From NCBI GenBank assembly GCA_963665235.2, contig CAXXLX010000001.1, forward strand, positions 2,080,001 to 2,144,000: DNA of 64,000 bases, written 5' to 3'. Position 1 is the first letter of the stretch; every line of letters begins with the position of its first letter. This stretch comes from Candidatus Poribacteria bacterium. GTDB lineage: Bacteria; Poribacteria; WGA-4E; WGA-3G. Positions 60,182 through 64,000 of this stretch are shown piece after piece. Made by a program: the position numbers and the translations under genes. Under the pieces are notes generated by a model, which saw nothing but the letters and a program-made list of their open reading frames with translations, did no database searches and had not been told where the DNA came from.

Positions 60182-62084
60182 GTGAGGGAGGAAATAGTGA
60201 AATCAAAAGCACAAATATTATCTTTTCTGATAGTTTTACTCCTGCTTAGTACCGCACCGCTATCGCTCGCGCAAAAAGCATGGGTTACTGTCAACGAATC
60301 CGAGTGGCAAGCCACCTTCTCCGATGTCTTTTTCGTAGACGCACAACACGGCTGGATTGTCGGCAGCGATTCAACAATTCTACATACCACCGATGGCGGC
60401 ATGTCGTGGGCTCTGCAACCGAATCAGCGGTTACCTTTTCAAATTGAGCTAAAGAAGGTCAGGTTTATCAACCCTCAAGTCGGTTGGGTAGCAGGCGATA
60501 ACGGCACGATACTGAAAAGTACCGATGGCGGACAAACGTGGATAAAGTTACAAACTGGAACACGTGCTGTCCTGTCCACAGTCTTTTTCATAGATGAACA
60601 GCACGGTTGGGCAGGCGGCGATGGCGGGGTTGTTATCAGCACCCAAGATGGCGGAATAAGCTGGGTAAAGCAATACACTGATACCAACAATACCATAGAA
60701 TGTGTCCATTTTGTCAGTCCTGAAATTGGATGGGCAGTTGGGGCAGCGGGTACCCTTCTCCATACAGTTGATGGCGGAATGACTTGGACATCTCAAAACA
60801 GTAATACCGCTAATACCCTGACTGCCGTTTTTATGCAAAGCGATACAATCGGTTGGGCAGTCGGCGCACTAGGTGCCGTAATAGCGACTACCGACAGTAG
60901 CAAATGGAAAGCACAAACCAGCAATGTGCCCAACTCCAACGGAATGCCGGAACCGATTTACGACGTTCACTTCGCTAATCAAAACGTAGGGGCTCGCCGC
61001 TGCAGAATTCGGAGTCGTTCTCAGCACAAAGGATGGCGGAACAACCTGGAAACCGATTGAACCGCGCCCCGCTGCTGCACGGCTCCAAGGCGTTCACATG
61101 CTGAGCCCCAGTGAAGCATGGGTTGTCGGAGATAAGGCAACTATCCTCCGCACAACAGATGGCGGTAGCACCTGGGATGTCGTTTCCAACTTGAGCCATT
61201 TACGGGCTGCACATTTTCATAACGATAACCTTGGATGGGCGGTCGGCTTAGCAGGGGCAGTTTTACACACAAAAGATGGCGGAAAAACATGGGCACCCCA
61301 AAACAGTGGAAACGTCTTTGAGTTGTTCGGAATCGGGTTTGTCGACGAAAAAAGAGGATATATTGTCGGGAGCAATGCAGCATTGGTTGAAACACTCGAT
61401 GGCGGACAAACATGGAAAAGTGTTAGTGACCCTGGCGATGAAGGTCGTGGCACAGCCAAACGTATTCAGTTTGGTGGAGCAATGAGCTGGCGAAGCGCGA
61501 TGGGCTCTTACGGACTCAGCTTCGGAACCCCCACCCATGCATGGGCAGTCGGCGAAACAGGCAGAATTATGCACACCAACGACGGCGGAAAACTATGGAT
61601 TGGACAGGATTGCGACCCCGCCATGTCAGGCGTAGGATTTAATAATTTCTACGGCGTTCATTTCGTAAACGATAAGATCGGATGGATTGTCGGTGCAGCA
61701 GGAACTATTGCAGGAACAGCTGATGCCGGGCAAACATGGAATATTACCCTGGGGTTCGCTGAATTGCAAGATGTCTATGCTGTTACCCCGAAAACCGCCT
61801 GGGCCGCTGGTAGTCAAGGCACAATTATGGTTACCACAGATGGCGGAAGTACCTGGGGTGAACAGACCGTGCCAACCCAAGAAGACCTCAACGCCATTCT
61901 CTTTACAACTGAAAAAGAGGGATGGGCAGTCGGAAATAACGGCACAATCCTACATACAACCGATGGAGGTGTTACCTGGTTGAATTATAATTCGCCAACT
62001 CAGAAACATCTTTGGGATATTGTGAAAATGCCGAACGGCACATTGTGGATTGTCGGAGATTCAACGACAATTCTTCGCTACTAG
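60182..62084 (+). pseudogene. YCF48/BNR-repeat beta-propeller protein split by +1 G at 60989-60992
   Basis: GWxVGxxGxIxxTxDGGxxW repeats. Removing one G restores NVGLAAAEFGVVLSTKDGG. Probably a homopolymer error. Confidence 0.8.
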
Positions 62085-62435
62085 CTGTTGGCGATTGGCG
62101 ATTGGCGATTAGCAAGAGGAAGAGGGATGTGACGCGCGTCAGACGCGGACTATAATTGCAAACTCTTGCCAACTGCTATGAGCCAAATTGCTAATCGCTC
62201 AGGACTTACGCAGTGGGTTGATAAAGTCCATAGATAATTGGATTTAAGAGGGAAACCTAGCGGGCGAGGTCACCTCGCCCTAGAGGAGCGGGCTGGTTGC
62301 CCGAATACTGGGGCTTAGTGCTAAATTTGCGTAAGTCCTGCAAGAAATATAAGACGCGCGTCAAAAACCTGCTTAAAATTAGAAAGTCTTGCCATTTGCT
62401 AATTGCCATTTGCTAATCGCTAAATTGCTAACGAC
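62085..62435. repeat. Degenerate heptamer tandem repeats flanking a MITE
   Basis: (TTGGCGA)3 at about 62088-62108. Complementary-type TTGCYAW runs at about 62389-62431. Similar run at about 12352-12378. Confidence 0.55.
62200..62340. mobile_element. MITE family A, second copy (141 bp, opposite orientation)
   Basis: Same 13-bp TIRs and alignable interior. No TSD visible. Confidence 0.8.
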
Positions 62436-62450
62436 TAAGGGATACGCCTA

Positions 62451-63881
62451 ATGCATTCATTACAGTGCCATTGCCCCGCCTGGATAGGAACATTTTCGCT
62501 ACTCTTGATAGCCTTCGCTGTCGGTTTTCTCTGCATGCATCCCGACCTACAATGGACACTGGCAGCTGCAGAAGAGCCGAAGGCGCTAACACTAGCGGAA
62601 AGTCTTGAGATTGCCAAACAGCACAATCTTTCTATTCAAACAGCTGAACAAGACCTTCGGGCTGCCGAAGCACAAGTTCGCGCAGCCCGCGCCAGTCTCT
62701 TACCAAAAATTGTAGGAAGCGGCAACTATACCTATTTTAAAGACGTTCAAAAATCGGTAATTCAGGCAGATGGCGGGTTCGGATTTCCGGTGCCGGACGA
62801 AAACATGAACGGGACATCGCAACCGAACGCGGATAACGAAGCGGAACTGATTGAATTGGAATTTGGCGCACATCACAACGCCCAAGGCACAATAAACTTA
62901 ACACAGCCCCTTTTTGCTTGGGGCCGCTACTATTACAGCTATCAAGCTGCAAAAATAGGCTATGAAGCAACAAAAAAATCGGTGGACATTGCACATGAGC
63001 AACTCCGCCTAGATGTATCCGAGGCCTTTTATCGGGTGTTGGTCGCTCAAGAATTTGTGAGAGTCGCGGAACAGAGTGTTGACCTCGTTAAAAATCATCT
63101 CGCTATCGCTCAAGCATCTTTCGACGCGGGGGCTGCTACCCACTTTGATGTGCTCCGAGCGAAGGTGCAACTATCAATCGCCGAATCCCAATTGATTCGC
63201 GCAAAAAACGGGGTGCAAACATCAACAAATGCCTATAAAACACTTCTGAACATGCCGCTTGCTACCGAAATCGCTGTCAACGGCACCTTTGAAACCCCGG
63301 ATATGGAGATGAAACTAGCTGGCTTAATAGCACGCGCGTTTGAAGCACGCCCAGAAATCAGCAGCGCGAAACTTAATGAACAGGTTGGACAGAAACAGCT
63401 CGCCGTTGCCAAGACACGCAACCGACCTGACCTCACCTTTTTTTCCAACTATCAAATTGCCGCAAATGAAAGACTCACAGAACCGAATCGAATCTGGAGC
63501 CTCGGTTTGCAAATTAATATCCCAATCTTCGATGGACTTGCGACCCGGGCGGCCGTACAACAAAGTGAATCCGCTCTAAAACAACGCCAGTTAGGCACAG
63601 AAAAAATCAAAGCTGCCGTTGAACTTGAAGTCCGGAATGCTTACCTAAACCTGCTTGAAGCAAAAACGTTGATTGCTGCTCAACGTGAGACAGTGGCACA
63701 GGCACGAGAAAGCGTTCGTATCGCCACACTTCAATTTGAAAACGGCATGATTACTACCGTCGCGCTTACCGATACACAACTTGCATTGACGCAAGCGGAA
63801 GTGAACCGGCTCCAAGCACAGCACGATTACGTTGTCGGGCTGGCACGGCTCGAAAAAGCCGTAGGTCAAAAATTACAATAG
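62451..63881 (+). CDS. TolC family outer-membrane efflux protein
   Basis: LTLAESLEIA, LTQPLF, FDAGAATHFDVL, IPIFDG, FENGMIT, LEKAVG. Confidence 0.9.
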   Translation: MHSLQCHCPAWIGTFSLLLIAFAVGFLCMHPDLQWTLAAAEEPKALTLAESLEIAKQHNLSIQTAEQDLRAAEAQVRAARASLLPKIVGSGNYTYFKDVQKSVIQADGGFGFPVPDENMNGTSQPNADNEAELIELEFGAHHNAQGTINLTQPLFAWGRYYYSYQAAKIGYEATKKSVDIAHEQLRLDVSEAFYRVLVAQEFVRVAEQSVDLVKNHLAIAQASFDAGAATHFDVLRAKVQLSIAESQLIRAKNGVQTSTNAYKTLLNMPLATEIAVNGTFETPDMEMKLAGLIARAFEARPEISSAKLNEQVGQKQLAVAKTRNRPDLTFFSNYQIAANERLTEPNRIWSLGLQINIPIFDGLATRAAVQQSESALKQRQLGTEKIKAAVELEVRNAYLNLLEAKTLIAAQRETVAQARESVRIATLQFENGMITTVALTDTQLALTQAEVNRLQAQHDYVVGLARLEKAVGQKLQ

Positions 63882-63952
63882 ACAATATCCTCTTTGTAGA
63901 AGCGAGCTCCCGAGCACAACCTTCCCTTGAGGCTAAAATAGGAGAAATATAA

Positions 63953-64000
63953 TTGCGAAAAACATGGATTGGCATTATCATAGTATTGGTGATAGGAGCA
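63953..64000 (+). CDS. Start of the next gene, probably an efflux periplasmic adaptor (partial)
   Basis: AGGAG then TTG, MRKTWIGIIIVLVIGA. Product guessed only from its position after tolC. Confidence 0.45.
   Translation, partial: MRKTWIGIIIVLVIGA

Noticed and set aside
60182-62084. Photosynthesis genes (YCF48, PCP_red)
   Set aside because: Both are generic domains, and no photosystem or chlorophyll genes are present.

Overview
A 64-kb bacterial window, most likely from Candidatus Poribacteria or a similar sponge symbiont. That is inferred from the V(D/E/S)PxxxLxxxWGxLK C-terminal tails, the GHWH-motif protein and the load of TPR, FG-GAP and beta-propeller proteins. No rRNA, tRNA, cas gene or true CRISPR array was found. 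Housekeeping genes (glnE, pepP, cimA, an Ahb/NirJ-like radical SAM, two Gfo/Idh/MocA enzymes, a TolC) alternate with accessory material. (i) A defence island at 2.5-16 kb: SNF2-DUF3883, DUF1156 methylase, DUF499 ATPase, FRG-TPR, a promoter-to-terminator structured RNA candidate and a degenerate fused MNT-HEPN. (ii) A candidate ADP-ribosyltransferase toxin/partner pair. (iii) A 5'-truncated IS605-type tnpB whose omega-RNA region is interrupted by a MITE carrying a 6x32-bp REP tandem. (iv) At least three MITE families, several GTAG-REPs and a 24-bp micro-insertion found at five sites. (v) A Cys/His-rich secreted protein next to an STT3-like gene. (vi) A GriC/GriD-like reductase pair downstream of PQQ-propeller genes, interrupted by tandem paralog arrays. 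(vii) An Rpn gene with an internal small-ORF start and a duplicated C-terminal cassette. Several single frameshifts may be consensus errors. All family calls come from motif recognition by eye; no database searches were run.
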